A stretch of 64,000 nucleotides of DNA from a virus (taxonomy: Duplodnaviria; Heunggongvirae; Uroviricota; Caudoviricetes). Numbering within the stretch: position 1 is the first letter of the stretch; every line of letters starts with the position of its first letter. Below the pieces are notes generated by a model. The model saw only the letters and a list, made by a program, of their open reading frames with translations. It did not search any database and was not told the DNA's origin. Shown here one piece after another: positions 35,128 to 44,631 of the stretch. The DNA lies in IMG/VR virus record IMGVR_UViG_3300013104_000003, positions 26,956 through 90,955 of that record; one strand, written 5' to 3'. The translations under genes and the position numbers were made by a program.

Positions 35128-35568
35128 ATGAGTAAATTTAAAATTGGTGACAAAGTAATTACTATCTGTAATACACCAACAACTCAAGAGGGTTGGATTG
35201 GTTTTATTACTGACACTTCAGACGGATTTGATTGGATTGCAGAAAACGATAAGGGTGAATCGGAAGCGTTTCTTGAATCTGAACTTGGATTACTTGAACG
35301 ACGTGTTGAAGGCGTAATGCACAGTGTGAATGTTAGGGTTGATGTAATCAATTCCCCGAAACACTATTCCGTATTTGAACAAGTTGAGGCTATCCAAGTA
35401 ATCGCTTCTTCAATGACACAAGATCAATTCTATGGGTACTGTTTCGGCAATATTCTCAAGTACCGTCTTCGTGCTGGTGGCAAAGATGATGTGATGCAAG
35501 AGCTTGGTAAGGCTGATCGTTATCAAGGGCTTTATAACGAGAATAAACATTTGTGTAAGGTGAAGTGA
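35128..35568 (+). CDS. Phage protein with a KOW-like N-terminus and a DUF3310-like C-terminus
   Basis: 146 aa. The C-terminus SPKHYSVFEQVEAIQVIASSM..FYGYCFGNILKYRLRAGGKDD resembles the DUF3310 SPxHY family. The N-terminus is paralogous to 4561-4773. Confidence 0.5.
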   Translation: MSKFKIGDKVITICNTPTTQEGWIGFITDTSDGFDWIAENDKGESEAFLESELGLLERRVEGVMHSVNVRVDVINSPKHYSVFEQVEAIQVIASSMTQDQFYGYCFGNILKYRLRAGGKDDVMQELGKADRYQGLYNENKHLCKVK

Positions 35569-35569
35569 G

Positions 35570-35755
35570 ATGTTACATTGCACAATAGAATCAAGCAGAC
35601 CAAAAGCAAGATGGGAAGATTACATTAAAACAGAAGAAGATTATGACTTGATTATGTCTTCAGGGATGGCGTATGTTTACTTCCCAACGATCCCTAATTG
35701 GGTTGAGTTTAAAGAGTATTTGAATAGCAAGGAGAAAGAAGTTGTCGCAGATTAA
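35570..35755 (+). CDS. Hypothetical protein
   Basis: 61 aa. Confidence 0.45.
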   Translation: MLHCTIESSRPKARWEDYIKTEEDYDLIMSSGMAYVYFPTIPNWVEFKEYLNSKEKEVVAD

Positions 35756-36641
35756 AGCTAAAATCATTGCTGACAGTGTAAGTGCTGTAAATGGGAAACG
35801 AATCACCACCTTTGAATTGGAATACCCGAGATTCATTCATAGTGAATTGATGACACATCGGTTGTTTAGTCGTAACGCGATGAGTAGTCGTGCTGTACCA
35901 ATTGAAAAGATGTTGAGTTTTGTACGTTACGAGCCAGCACTTCCTGTGCATTGGGGGATCAATCAACCGGGTATGCAAGCTAAGGATCAGCTACAAAGTG
36001 ATGAACAAAAAATTGTAGCTGATCTGTGGCAAGAAGCTGCCCAAGCTGCTGCATACTTTGCAAGTCTGCTGTCTGATAAGGGTTTGCATAAACAAGTAGT
36101 CAATCGTATCCTTGAACCGTTCCAACTGATGAAGACAGTCCTTACTTCAACTGAGTATGACAATTTCTTTTGGTTGCGTAAGCATGAAGATGCACAACCT
36201 GAGATTAAAGAGCTTGCTGAACGGATGTACGAACAGCTTGAATGGAATAAATTGCTCACTGTAGAGCTTGATGCTGATGATTGGCACACACCTTACTATC
36301 AAGCTGGATATTGGCTTAAAGAGTCAGAAACTCCACTAGAAGATGCACTTGCAATTAGTTCTAGTTGTTGTGCCCAAGTGAGTTATCGGGTGCTTGATGA
36401 TAGTATTGAAAAGGCTCGTAAAGTTTATCAACGTTTGGTAGAATCAACGCCAGTTCATGCAAGTCCTTTCGAGCACCAAGCAACACCAATGAACTTCCCA
36501 GTTGAAAATAATGGCTGTGGTTGGGAAGAAGGTGTAACTCATATGACTATGAATGGAGAAATGTGGTCAGGTAATTTCAAATCGTGGATTCAATATCGCC
36601 AACTTATTGATGGTAATGTTTGTAATAAGTTTGAGGAGTAA
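35742..36641 (+). CDS. thyX: Flavin-dependent thymidylate synthase
   Basis: 299 aa carrying the ThyX signature RHRLFSRNAMSSR (RHRx7-8S). Confidence 0.8.
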   Translation: MSQIKAKIIADSVSAVNGKRITTFELEYPRFIHSELMTHRLFSRNAMSSRAVPIEKMLSFVRYEPALPVHWGINQPGMQAKDQLQSDEQKIVADLWQEAAQAAAYFASLLSDKGLHKQVVNRILEPFQLMKTVLTSTEYDNFFWLRKHEDAQPEIKELAERMYEQLEWNKLLTVELDADDWHTPYYQAGYWLKESETPLEDALAISSSCCAQVSYRVLDDSIEKARKVYQRLVESTPVHASPFEHQATPMNFPVENNGCGWEEGVTHMTMNGEMWSGNFKSWIQYRQLIDGNVCNKFEE

Positions 36642-36644
36642 GTT

Positions 36645-36845
36645 ATGTCATTCGTTAATGTTGAAGAATCACCAATCGAATATTTTATTCTTGAAGTAGC
36701 AGAACTTATGGCAGTGAGGGAGGGGATTCAACGTCGAGGTGCTCATTTGCGAATCCTTGAAACTCTTGGTGAGTGGGTTATGTATTATGAGGCTGGTCTA
36801 AGCCCTAAGAAGGCATATAATAAATTCTGGGGAGAAAGTGTATGA
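36645..36845 (+). CDS. Hypothetical protein
   Basis: 66 aa. Confidence 0.45.
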   Translation: MSFVNVEESPIEYFILEVAELMAVREGIQRRGAHLRILETLGEWVMYYEAGLSPKKAYNKFWGESV

Positions 36846-37237
36846 GTTATCTTGCAGCTTACTCACTCTCAATGAGTGACCTTGTTCTAGACAAGAATTT
36901 TGTTAAAGCTTATGGTGAAAATGATATTCCAAAGATTAAAGAAATTCTTTATAGTTATGGAATGGATGTAAAAAATAAACCATTTGAAGAAGTGTATTGT
37001 ACACATCGTAATCTTCAGAATCAGATTCATACTTGCATTCGTTATGAAGGATTTGAGCGTACCGATAAACAATATTTGAATAGTGGTATTGCTAGCGTTT
37101 ATGCTAAGATTGAGGCTTCAGACCACGGAGCACACATGAAAGGGGAGTTGTTGGGCATGCTTCACCAAGGAAGTACATCAAGCTCTTGGGAAGAAGAAGA
37201 ACTCTATAATGGGGAAAAGGAAATTAAGGAGCAATAA
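36842..37237 (+). CDS. Hypothetical protein
   Basis: 131 aa between thyX and the RNR genes. Confidence 0.5.
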   Translation: MSYLAAYSLSMSDLVLDKNFVKAYGENDIPKIKEILYSYGMDVKNKPFEEVYCTHRNLQNQIHTCIRYEGFERTDKQYLNSGIASVYAKIEASDHGAHMKGELLGMLHQGSTSSSWEEEELYNGEKEIKEQ

Positions 37238-38221
37238 TTGAAAACACGAATTCAAACACCGAAGTCTGAATTCACTGTGGATTATCCAGAAGCCTGTGCT
37301 TTTACAGACCAACAGGCAGCAGTCTTCTGGCCCCACTTTGAAGTTAAAGTTGCAAAAGATAAACAAGATATTCTTGTGAATATGACTGAAGCTGAGAGTC
37401 ATGGCACAGTTACTACACTCAAACTATTCTCTAAATATGAAGCTATCATCGGTAATGAATTCTGGATTAACTTTGTAATGCAAAAGTTTCCACGCCCTGC
37501 GGATATTCAACCAATGGCGGCAATGTTTGGCGCGATGGAGCTTGCGGTACATCAAAAGTTTTATAGTACATTGAATGAAGAGCTTGGTCTGGCAACAGAT
37601 GCTTTCTATAATGAATATTTGAATGACCCTGATTTGACAGCACGAGTAGAATTCTTGGAAGATATACTTTCAACTAAAGATGATCTTCGTGCATTGGGTT
37701 GCTTTACTTTTGGTGAAGGGGCTATTCTCTACTCAAGCTTTGCATTCTTGAAGCACTTTCAAAGTCAAGGTAAGAACAAGCTATTGAATGTGGTAAGTGG
37801 TATTAATTTTTCAGCCCGAGATGAGAACCTCCATTCTGAAGCGGCAGCTTGGTTGTTCCGAACTCTGCTGAAAGAAAAGAAAGATGCTGACCTTGTTGAC
37901 GAAGAATACGAACAAGAACTGAAAGCTGATATCATTCAAGCAGCAGAGACTGTTCTTTTACACGAGAAGGCTATTATTAAGAAGATTTTTGAAAAGGGTA
38001 AAATTGATGGAATCACAGATACGCAGTTAGAGTATTTTGCTCAAAGCCGAATCAATCTTTGCTTGAGGAATCTTGGGTACGAGAATATTTATAAAGTAGA
38101 CTATAACCCTGTTGCGGATTGGTTTTATAAAGGGATTAATGGGTTTAGTTCAATTGACTTCTTCAATAGTCAAGGCAACCAGTACCAACGAGACTGGGAT
38201 GCTCAAGGGTTTAAATTTTAA
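37238..38221 (+). CDS. nrdB: Ribonucleotide reductase small (beta) subunit, ferritin-like
   Basis: 327 aa, TTG start 5 nt after AAGGAG. Di-iron EXXH motifs ELAVHQKFY and DENLHSE. Confidence 0.7.
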   Translation: MKTRIQTPKSEFTVDYPEACAFTDQQAAVFWPHFEVKVAKDKQDILVNMTEAESHGTVTTLKLFSKYEAIIGNEFWINFVMQKFPRPADIQPMAAMFGAMELAVHQKFYSTLNEELGLATDAFYNEYLNDPDLTARVEFLEDILSTKDDLRALGCFTFGEGAILYSSFAFLKHFQSQGKNKLLNVVSGINFSARDENLHSEAAAWLFRTLLKEKKDADLVDEEYEQELKADIIQAAETVLLHEKAIIKKIFEKGKIDGITDTQLEYFAQSRINLCLRNLGYENIYKVDYNPVADWFYKGINGFSSIDFFNSQGNQYQRDWDAQGFKF

Positions 38222-38231
38222 GGGGAATTAA

Positions 38232-39920
38232 GTGACAAATAGTTATCGTGTTTTGAGTGATGAACGTAAGAAAATGCAAGAAGATGGTTTGATGCCACTT
38301 CACTGGTCTACAGGCTCATGGCAGTTGTTCAAGAATAAATATCTATATCAAGCAGCTAATCCTAAAGAGCAATATCAACGTATTGCGGCAACACTCGCTG
38401 CACATACTCCAGATCCCTCTGAGTGGAAGGAAAAGTTCTTTGATATTATGTGGAAAGGTTGGCTGAGTCCTAGCACACCAATCCTAGCTAATACAGGAAC
38501 TAACCGGGGCCTTCCTGTAAGCTGTGCAGGTAGTTACATTCCTGACAGTATTGATGGTATCTACAAAGCAAAGCATGAAACAGCAATGCTTACTAAGATG
38601 GGCTTTGGTACAGCTGGCTATCTTGGTGATGTCCGTGCTCGCGGTACGCCAATTAGCGTTGGCGGCACTTCTACCGGCGTTATGCAAGTGATTGAAGGCT
38701 TCCAAACTGATATGGAGTATGTTGCTCAAGGAACTGCTCGGCGAGGTTCTTGGGCTGGATATCTCCCTATTGATCACGGAGATTTTAATGAAGTTTGTAC
38801 CTACTTGGAACAACATCCAGATGGTAACAACATTGGCTGGAATGTTAGTGATGAATTCATTGAGCGTTTGAAGTCTGGAGATGAAGATGCCATTGCTCGT
38901 TACGGGAAAGCACTGAAGACAAAGATGGTTACAGGGAAAGGTTATTTTTTCTTTCCTCAAAAAGCAGAACGTAAACGTCCCAAATGGTATGTAGAACAAA
39001 ATCTTGACGTCAAAGCTCCCCAGTTGTGCAATGAGATACTTTTGCATTCAAGTAAAGATTACACTTACACTTGTGTTCTAGCTTCGATGAACGTTGAGTT
39101 GTTTGATGAATGGCACAGTACTGATGCTGTTCAAACAGCTATTGTTTTCTTGGATGCTGTTTGCCAAGAATTCATTGAACGTGCCAAGAATATTCCGGGG
39201 TTAGAAAAGGCTGTAGCTTTTACTAAAGCAAGTCGGGCGCTGGGGTTGGGTCAATGTGGTCTTGTTTCTTACTTTCAAAAGAAGATGGTAGCCTTTGAAA
39301 GTTTTGATGCACACATGCTGAACAATAAGATTGCGAAGTACATTCAAGATGAAGCTATTAAAGCATCTGAATGGCTTGCAAGTGTTTGGGGTGAGCCTAA
39401 GTTTATGAAGGGCTATGGTCGAGCTAATACGCACCTTCTAGCTATCGCACCTACTAAGTCTACCGCCTTGATTATGGGTGGCGTAAGTGAAGGGATTAAT
39501 CCAGATACTGCCATGGTTTACACACAAAAAAGTGCTGGTGGGGAAGTTGATCGAGTTAATCCCTATTTACTCAAGTTGATGAAGGAAAAAGGAGTTTTTA
39601 ACAAACAGAACGTTGAAGACATTCGGGATAAAATGGGAAGCGTGCAGCATGTTGGTTGGCTAACTGACGAAGAGAAGTTGGTATTCCGTACAGCTTTTGA
39701 AATCAGTCAGCACGCAATCATTCGTCTGGCTGCTGCTCGGGGTAAGTTCTTAGATCAATGGCAGTCCCTAAACTTGTTTTTCGCAGCGGGTGAGGATGAA
39801 GCTTACATTAATGAAGTACACAAGGAGGCATTTTTGAACGAAGATATCATTGGATTGTACTATGTGTATTCCAAAGCGGGTATTCAGGCTTCTCGTGATG
39901 AGTGTATGGCATGTATGTAG
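38232..39920 (+). CDS. nrdA: Ribonucleotide reductase large (alpha) subunit, no ATP-cone
   Basis: 562 aa, GTG start with RBS. PVSCAGSY active-site Cys region and a C-terminal redox pair ECMAC. Confidence 0.7.
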   Translation: MTNSYRVLSDERKKMQEDGLMPLHWSTGSWQLFKNKYLYQAANPKEQYQRIAATLAAHTPDPSEWKEKFFDIMWKGWLSPSTPILANTGTNRGLPVSCAGSYIPDSIDGIYKAKHETAMLTKMGFGTAGYLGDVRARGTPISVGGTSTGVMQVIEGFQTDMEYVAQGTARRGSWAGYLPIDHGDFNEVCTYLEQHPDGNNIGWNVSDEFIERLKSGDEDAIARYGKALKTKMVTGKGYFFFPQKAERKRPKWYVEQNLDVKAPQLCNEILLHSSKDYTYTCVLASMNVELFDEWHSTDAVQTAIVFLDAVCQEFIERAKNIPGLEKAVAFTKASRALGLGQCGLVSYFQKKMVAFESFDAHMLNNKIAKYIQDEAIKASEWLASVWGEPKFMKGYGRANTHLLAIAPTKSTALIMGGVSEGINPDTAMVYTQKSAGGEVDRVNPYLLKLMKEKGVFNKQNVEDIRDKMGSVQHVGWLTDEEKLVFRTAFEISQHAIIRLAAARGKFLDQWQSLNLFFAAGEDEAYINEVHKEAFLNEDIIGLYYVYSKAGIQASRDECMACM

Positions 39921-40357
39921 ATGTTGAAATACGACCTCTACCAGATGAAGCAAGGATGCTTTGTTTGTGTGCTAGTGAAGGATGTGAGAATACTGTACAG
40001 CAGCCCGTTTGGCGACCAAAGAAAAACCATTGGAGCTATTATAGGTTCTGTTGTGCTTGTACCCATCTAAAACACCAATATGGGATTACAGTTCCTGATA
40101 GACAAAAGATGTTGGATGGTCAAGATGGTAAATGCGCTATCTGCCACTATGACATTTTCTTTTCTGGTGTAAAACACTACTCTTCAGATAGAAAACATGC
40201 TGTATTAGATCATTGTCACGACTCATCAGGGATGAGAGAAATACTTTGCGGCAATTGTAATATTATGCTAGGTAAGGCAATGGATGACCCGGTAATTCTA
40301 CAAAGCGCGATTGATTACCTAGAAAAACACAAAATCTTGTTGACAACCCTTTCTTGA
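39902..40357 (+). CDS. Endonuclease VII-like (T4 gp49 family) junction-resolving nuclease
   Basis: 151 aa. CAICHYD...DHCHDSSGMREILCGNCNIMLG matches the Endonuclease_7 zinc/HNH-like motif. Confidence 0.6.
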   Translation: MYGMYVDVEIRPLPDEARMLCLCASEGCENTVQQPVWRPKKNHWSYYRFCCACTHLKHQYGITVPDRQKMLDGQDGKCAICHYDIFFSGVKHYSSDRKHAVLDHCHDSSGMREILCGNCNIMLGKAMDDPVILQSAIDYLEKHKILLTTLS

Positions 40358-40369
40358 TCAAACATAATT

Positions 40370-40403
40370 GCCCCTAGTGAAAGCTTAGGGGCTTTCTTTT
40401 TAT
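40370..40403 (+). terminator. Rho-independent terminator GCCCCTA-N9-TAGGGGC plus tttctttttat
   Basis: 7-bp stem followed by a strong T-run, after 39902-40357. Confidence 0.65.
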
Positions 40404-40416
40404 CAGGAGAGAATAA

Positions 40417-40806
40417 ATGCCTAAAGAATTTTCAGAAGAGTTCGAGTTGTGGGTTGCAAACTACTATAAATCTAAGGTAGAATCTTGTCGTGACCGCGAG
40501 ATTGAGTTCAAACTTAGTTTAATTTCTGTGCGAAACCTATTATCAGCTAAGTATTGTGGGTATACGGGTATAGAGCTTACTCGGAATAAGGTAGGTGCTA
40601 AATCTGCAATTCAATCTGATGTCACAATTGATCGTATTGATAATTCTCGTGGTTATGTGAAAGGAAATGTTATTGCGGTAAGTAATGTTGCCAACAACTT
40701 CAAATCTATTTTTGAAAATCCTGTGTACAAAATGGATATGCAGATGGCCGAAAAAGCTTTGAATAAAATGCAGAAGAAATTAAAAAGTGTAAAGGACAAA
40801 CAATAA
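40417..40806 (+). CDS. Hypothetical protein with a degenerate HNH-like motif
   Basis: 129 aa. TIDRIDNSRGYVKGNVIAVSNVANNFK resembles the HNH_3 core with His replaced. Confidence 0.35.
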   Translation: MPKEFSEEFELWVANYYKSKVESCRDREIEFKLSLISVRNLLSAKYCGYTGIELTRNKVGAKSAIQSDVTIDRIDNSRGYVKGNVIAVSNVANNFKSIFENPVYKMDMQMAEKALNKMQKKLKSVKDKQ

Positions 40807-41456
40807 TGCGATTTCTAGCCTACCGATCACGCTACAGCTACTGGTCATCCAGTAAACTATCCAAAGCTATCCGTAAACACTTTGGGCTAACGAACCCTAA
40901 ATGGAACACAATGGAAGGGTGGGATTCACATGAAGAATTCTGCAAGAAAACCTCTCCAAAGATTCATTGGATAACAGACAAAGGGCTTGACAAACTTCAG
41001 AATATTTGGTTGTTTATTCCCGACGTTATCTATACAATTAAAGTGGCAACAATTTGGAAATATTTCAGGAATCTGTATGTCTTCCACAAAACTCTCTGGA
41101 ATTATCGTAGTTGGGATTACACAGGCTTGCTTCGTCTGATGGAAACTGCTACAAAGGATATGCATGAATGTCATAAGAATCACGGGCACTTGATACGAAG
41201 TGACCAGACAGCTAAAGAGTTGCTGATTGTATCTTCACTGTGTAAACGTATTCGTGAAGATAATTACACGTATGAAGTGCAAGGATTTAAACGTGAAGAG
41301 GGTAGCCTGTTTGGTGGAAAGTTTTATCAGAAGCCTAATACACTCCCTAGCATTCAATATAAAAAGTTTTATCGTATGCGAGAGAATGTGAAAAAGAACG
41401 ATCTTGAGTTGTTGACTAAACTCATGAAAACTAAACTATTAAGCTGGTGGGACTGA
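40806..41456 (+). CDS. Hypothetical Trp-rich protein
   Basis: 216 aa. Confidence 0.5.
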   Translation: MRFLAYRSRYSYWSSSKLSKAIRKHFGLTNPKWNTMEGWDSHEEFCKKTSPKIHWITDKGLDKLQNIWLFIPDVIYTIKVATIWKYFRNLYVFHKTLWNYRSWDYTGLLRLMETATKDMHECHKNHGHLIRSDQTAKELLIVSSLCKRIREDNYTYEVQGFKREEGSLFGGKFYQKPNTLPSIQYKKFYRMRENVKKNDLELLTKLMKTKLLSWWD

Positions 41457-41647
41457 TTATGACTGATTCAGAAATTGTTATTGGTGGTGTAGTAAGACTT
41501 CAAAGTGGAGGTCCCATACTCACCCTTGTTAGTCAAACGCCCTACATTAACATCTTTGGTTATTTTGATAATTTAGGTGTCTACCGTACTTTAGAAATTC
41601 CTAACCGCAAAGAATGTGATAACGCATTTAAGAGTATCTGCGAATGA
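41447..41647 (+). CDS. Small hypothetical protein
   Basis: 66 aa. Confidence 0.4.
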   Translation: MGLIMTDSEIVIGGVVRLQSGGPILTLVSQTPYINIFGYFDNLGVYRTLEIPNRKECDNAFKSICE

Positions 41648-41838
41648 AACTAACAGACATCTTATCCATCATCTTTCTCCTCATCACAATCTTTGTTGGT
41701 GGCTATGCTTGGACAGAATATCAGAAAAGTGTTACAGGGCAGCAGGATATTCGTAAGAACGTTGTACAGAAAGATTTGACAGAGAAAGAAAGGAAGTGTA
41801 AGCTTATTTTTGAGTGTGCTAATAAGAGGACGGAATGA
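41644..41838 (+). CDS. Small membrane protein (1 TM)
   Basis: 64 aa with LSIIFLLITIFVGGYAW. Confidence 0.45.
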   Translation: MKLTDILSIIFLLITIFVGGYAWTEYQKSVTGQQDIRKNVVQKDLTEKERKCKLIFECANKRTE

Positions 41839-42020
41839 TGTTATATTTGATTTGGTTGATAGAGATAGTAGCACTTGTTGGTGTTGTCTGGTGGAAGAGT
41901 AAACAGCCACCTATGACAAAAGAGGGGCAAGAGTTTGAACTGAGTGTTGTTAGTCAACGAGCTAATAGCTTCTTGATGAATACAACTAAACATGAATCAT
42001 ATAATGGGGTGGAAGGATGA
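41835..42020 (+). CDS. Small membrane protein (1 TM)
   Basis: 61 aa with MMLYLIWLIEIVALVGVVWW. Confidence 0.45.
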   Translation: MMLYLIWLIEIVALVGVVWWKSKQPPMTKEGQEFELSVVSQRANSFLMNTTKHESYNGVEG

Positions 42021-42337
42021 GCGTTTACTTGGCATGGAGTTTGTATAAGCTTACTGGCGTTTTGCTGTTTATCACAGCAGTAACATTGATCTTGTTGTAC
42101 ACAGGAAAGAAACAAGACAGCATCAAAAACTATAAAAAGGTCACTTTTACATTGACGGGTGTAATGCTTCTGTTTACAATTCTGGCAGCATTCAATATTG
42201 GGGACAGACAACAAGAGCTTGGTCGATCTTCTTTCAATACTTCACAACCAGAAGAAGTTAGTAAAGTAACTAGCAATGCACCTGATGTTGAAAGTGTAAA
42301 TAAAACCTTCGAGTCCGTTGTAAAGAAAACTCAATAA
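42017..42337 (+). CDS. Membrane protein (2 TM) with a polar C-terminal tail
   Basis: 106 aa. Confidence 0.5.
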   Translation: MSVYLAWSLYKLTGVLLFITAVTLILLYTGKKQDSIKNYKKVTFTLTGVMLLFTILAAFNIGDRQQELGRSSFNTSQPEEVSKVTSNAPDVESVNKTFESVVKKTQ

Positions 42338-42352
42338 CCTAGGAGATGTAAA

Positions 42353-43204
42353 ATGATGAAAACTAAAATGTTGTTTGTAGCTGGTCTGATGTCTAGTTTG
42401 GTTGGTTGTGGTTTTTACACAGTTCCACCAGCAGCTAAAGGTAAAGTGTTGAGTACAAGCGGTTATTCAGCAGATGTAAAAGAAACTGGTAAGTATCTGC
42501 TGTGGGGTCGAGATGAGATGGTGATTCTTGATACCAGCACTCAAACTTACGGCGAGCCGATCAGTGTGAAAATGACTGACAATCTTGATCTTAAGTTCAC
42601 TGTTAAATTCCGTACTCGGATTGCTGGTGACGATAAAGTAATCAATGCTATGTTCAATGACATTAAGCATGAGAATTATCAAGTAACCCTTCCAATGGTT
42701 TACAAAGTGTATGGTCAGGATGTTGTTCAGTCTGTAGCCCGTTCTGTTGTTGGTAAATATTCTACAGAAGAAGTTGCAGCCAACTTTGATAAGATTACTG
42801 CTGACCTTTACACACAACTTGCAACCAAGATGAAAGGTAGTCCTCTGGAAATGTCCAATATTACATTGGCTAACCTTGACTATCCTGACACTGTAGACCA
42901 AGCGTACAATGCACAAGCCGAACGTAAGCTTGAGATTGAAACTGAAGCAAACCGTCAAGCTGTGGCAATGGTTAAGAAAACCAACGAACTGAAACTTGCT
43001 CAAGCAAACTACGCAATTGAGATGAAGAAAGCTGAAACTCTTCGTGACACCAACGCAACAACTGGTGCTGGTTTGAGTGATAAACTCTTGGCTTACCGTG
43101 CTCTTGAGGTACAGGAAAAGATGGCTGAGAACAAAGCTGCTGTTTTTGTCCCTTATGATGCAATTGGTTCTAGTGGTCTGAGTAATCGAGTGTTTAGTAA
43201 ATAA
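42353..43204 (+). CDS. SPFH/band-7 (prohibitin/HflKC-like) domain lipoprotein
   Basis: 283 aa. Signal plus lipobox LVGC at the N-terminus. Central beta/alpha SPFH-like region and an A/E-rich coiled-coil C-terminus. Confidence 0.55.
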   Translation: MMKTKMLFVAGLMSSLVGCGFYTVPPAAKGKVLSTSGYSADVKETGKYLLWGRDEMVILDTSTQTYGEPISVKMTDNLDLKFTVKFRTRIAGDDKVINAMFNDIKHENYQVTLPMVYKVYGQDVVQSVARSVVGKYSTEEVAANFDKITADLYTQLATKMKGSPLEMSNITLANLDYPDTVDQAYNAQAERKLEIETEANRQAVAMVKKTNELKLAQANYAIEMKKAETLRDTNATTGAGLSDKLLAYRALEVQEKMAENKAAVFVPYDAIGSSGLSNRVFSK

Positions 43205-43216
43205 CTTTTCTCTAGG

Positions 43217-43258
43217 CAAAACAAAGCCCCGACTCCTTGTGAGAGCGGGGCTTTTTAA
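43217..43258. terminator. Bidirectional rho-independent terminator between convergent operons
   Basis: AAAGCCCCG...CGGGGCTTT stem flanked by caaaacaaa on one side and ttttt on the other. Confidence 0.6.
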
Positions 43259-43297
43259 GGTCTTATTATAAGCTATTATTTTTATAATCCATTAAAA

Positions 43298-43669
43298 TCA
43301 ATTAGGAGACACAGGCAAACCATTTATAGTGGCGTTGGAAATATTATTGTTGATAATCTTGTTGTTAGACTTGTTACCCTGTTCTAACTTTTCCACTCTT
43401 TTTTCTATCAGGTAAATTCTTGTACTTGTTGTGTTCTGATAGTTATCCTGATTCTCAGCTAGTCGATTAATTCTTCCTTCGATGTAGCTTATATTATTAG
43501 CTGTAACTTTAGCATTATCCTGTTTAAATTCTTCAAGTTTCAAACTAAAGTTATTTCTATCTTCCCCAGACTTATTATTTGTGAAGATAATCGTAATCAT
43601 CAGCACCAAAAGCACCAGTGTGGTTAGATGTATAACACGTTCAATGATCGTCCACACCATGATCGCCAC
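43298..43669 (-). CDS. Membrane-anchored coiled-coil protein (N-terminal TM)
   Basis: 123 aa. Last gene of the late operon. Confidence 0.5.
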   Translation of the reverse strand: MAIMVWTIIERVIHLTTLVLLVLMITIIFTNNKSGEDRNNFSLKLEEFKQDNAKVTANNISYIEGRINRLAENQDNYQNTTSTRIYLIEKRVEKLEQGNKSNNKIINNNISNATINGLPVSPN

Positions 43670-43672
43670 TCC

Positions 43673-43999
43673 CTAGCGCTTTTTAATAGACCCGAAGTAC
43701 ATATCAAGTCGCTGAATAAGATCTACTTTATTAGCCTCACCACGTGCTGCCAAGCTATTAAAAGCAGCATCAATCTTGGTGTTAAGTCGTGTTTCAGTTT
43801 CCCGAAGATCTTCTTTGTTTACTTTGTTCATTTGCATCTGAGTAACTTGAGCTTGGAGATCTTTAGTGTCCCTGACCACACCTTGATATGCGTAGACGAC
43901 CATACTCAAAACAATGCTGAGAAGACCAATAGCAACACGTTCTGTGAAGTTTGTAATCCTTTGGTTAGCACTGTCATTAGGCGCACTATTATTTGACAT
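43673..43999 (-). CDS. Membrane-anchored coiled-coil protein (N-terminal TM)
   Basis: 108 aa. Confidence 0.5.
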   Translation of the reverse strand: MSNNSAPNDSANQRITNFTERVAIGLLSIVLSMVVYAYQGVVRDTKDLQAQVTQMQMNKVNKEDLRETETRLNTKIDAAFNSLAARGEANKVDLIQRLDMYFGSIKKR

Positions 44000-44294
44000 T
44001 ATAAATCCTCATCTGCTCCCTCTTATTCTTTCTCAAGGCTTCCATCTGCCTTTCCCAAAGCCCTATACACCCAACGTTCTTATTCTGTGCGAGAGCCAGA
44101 TCAATCAAACTTTCTCCTGCTGGGGTAGCCTTACAAGGATTAACTAGTAATGCATCACTTGGAAACACAGCTACTGTCTGTTGGATAGACGGCACAATAT
44201 CCTTGTGAGAGCAAGCTTGTAATGTTAGGACTAAGAAGACCATCATCAGGGAGATAGTTCCCTTTCGAAGGCTGAATGACTTTAGAAGATTCAT
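43989..44294 (-). CDS. o-spanin (outer-membrane lipoprotein spanin subunit)
   Basis: 101 aa. Signal plus lipobox LTLQAC. Overlaps the 3' end of the i-spanin in another frame. Confidence 0.6.
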   Translation of the reverse strand: MNLLKSFSLRKGTISLMMVFLVLTLQACSHKDIVPSIQQTVAVFPSDALLVNPCKATPAGESLIDLALAQNKNVGCIGLWERQMEALRKNKREQMRIYNVK

Positions 44295-44631
44295 TAGAGG
44301 TTTCTCTTGTTAGTTTATCCTTACTCTTAGGAGTACGAAGGGTGTTTAGTTTCTCATTAACAGTATTTGTAGCTTCTCTCAAAGATGCTTTCTGAGCTTC
44401 AACTTCAACCACAGACTTAGCATCTTCTTTGCAGGATAAACCTGCCGTTTCTAGCTGTTTTTGACTAGATTTTAGCGCTAAAACATAAGATGCTTGTGCT
44501 GTCTTGAGTGAGCCAATCTCTTCAATTTTACCTTGTAAAAACCAGAGAGAAAAGGATAGACTACCAGCTAAAAATAGAATGATATACCAAGTAATTGGAA
44601 TCCCTGAAAGAAAACTATTTAGGAACTTCAT
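44155..44631 (-). CDS. i-spanin (inner-membrane spanin subunit)
   Basis: 158 aa from the internal ATG at 44629-44631. N-terminal TM IPITWYIILFLAGSLSFSLWFL followed by coiled-coil. Confidence 0.55.
   Translation of the reverse strand: MKFLNSFLSGIPITWYIILFLAGSLSFSLWFLQGKIEEIGSLKTAQASYVLALKSSQKQLETAGLSCKEDAKSVVEVEAQKASLREATNTVNEKLNTLRTPKSKDKLTRETSNESSKVIQPSKGNYLPDDGLLSPNITSLLSQGYCAVYPTDSSCVSK

Noticed and set aside
38484-39047. 187-aa minus-strand ORF inside nrdA
   Set aside because: Antisense to a well-supported RNR alpha gene.
42467-43219. 250-aa minus-strand ORF
   Set aside because: Antisense to the SPFH lipoprotein gene. No RBS. Composition is atypical.
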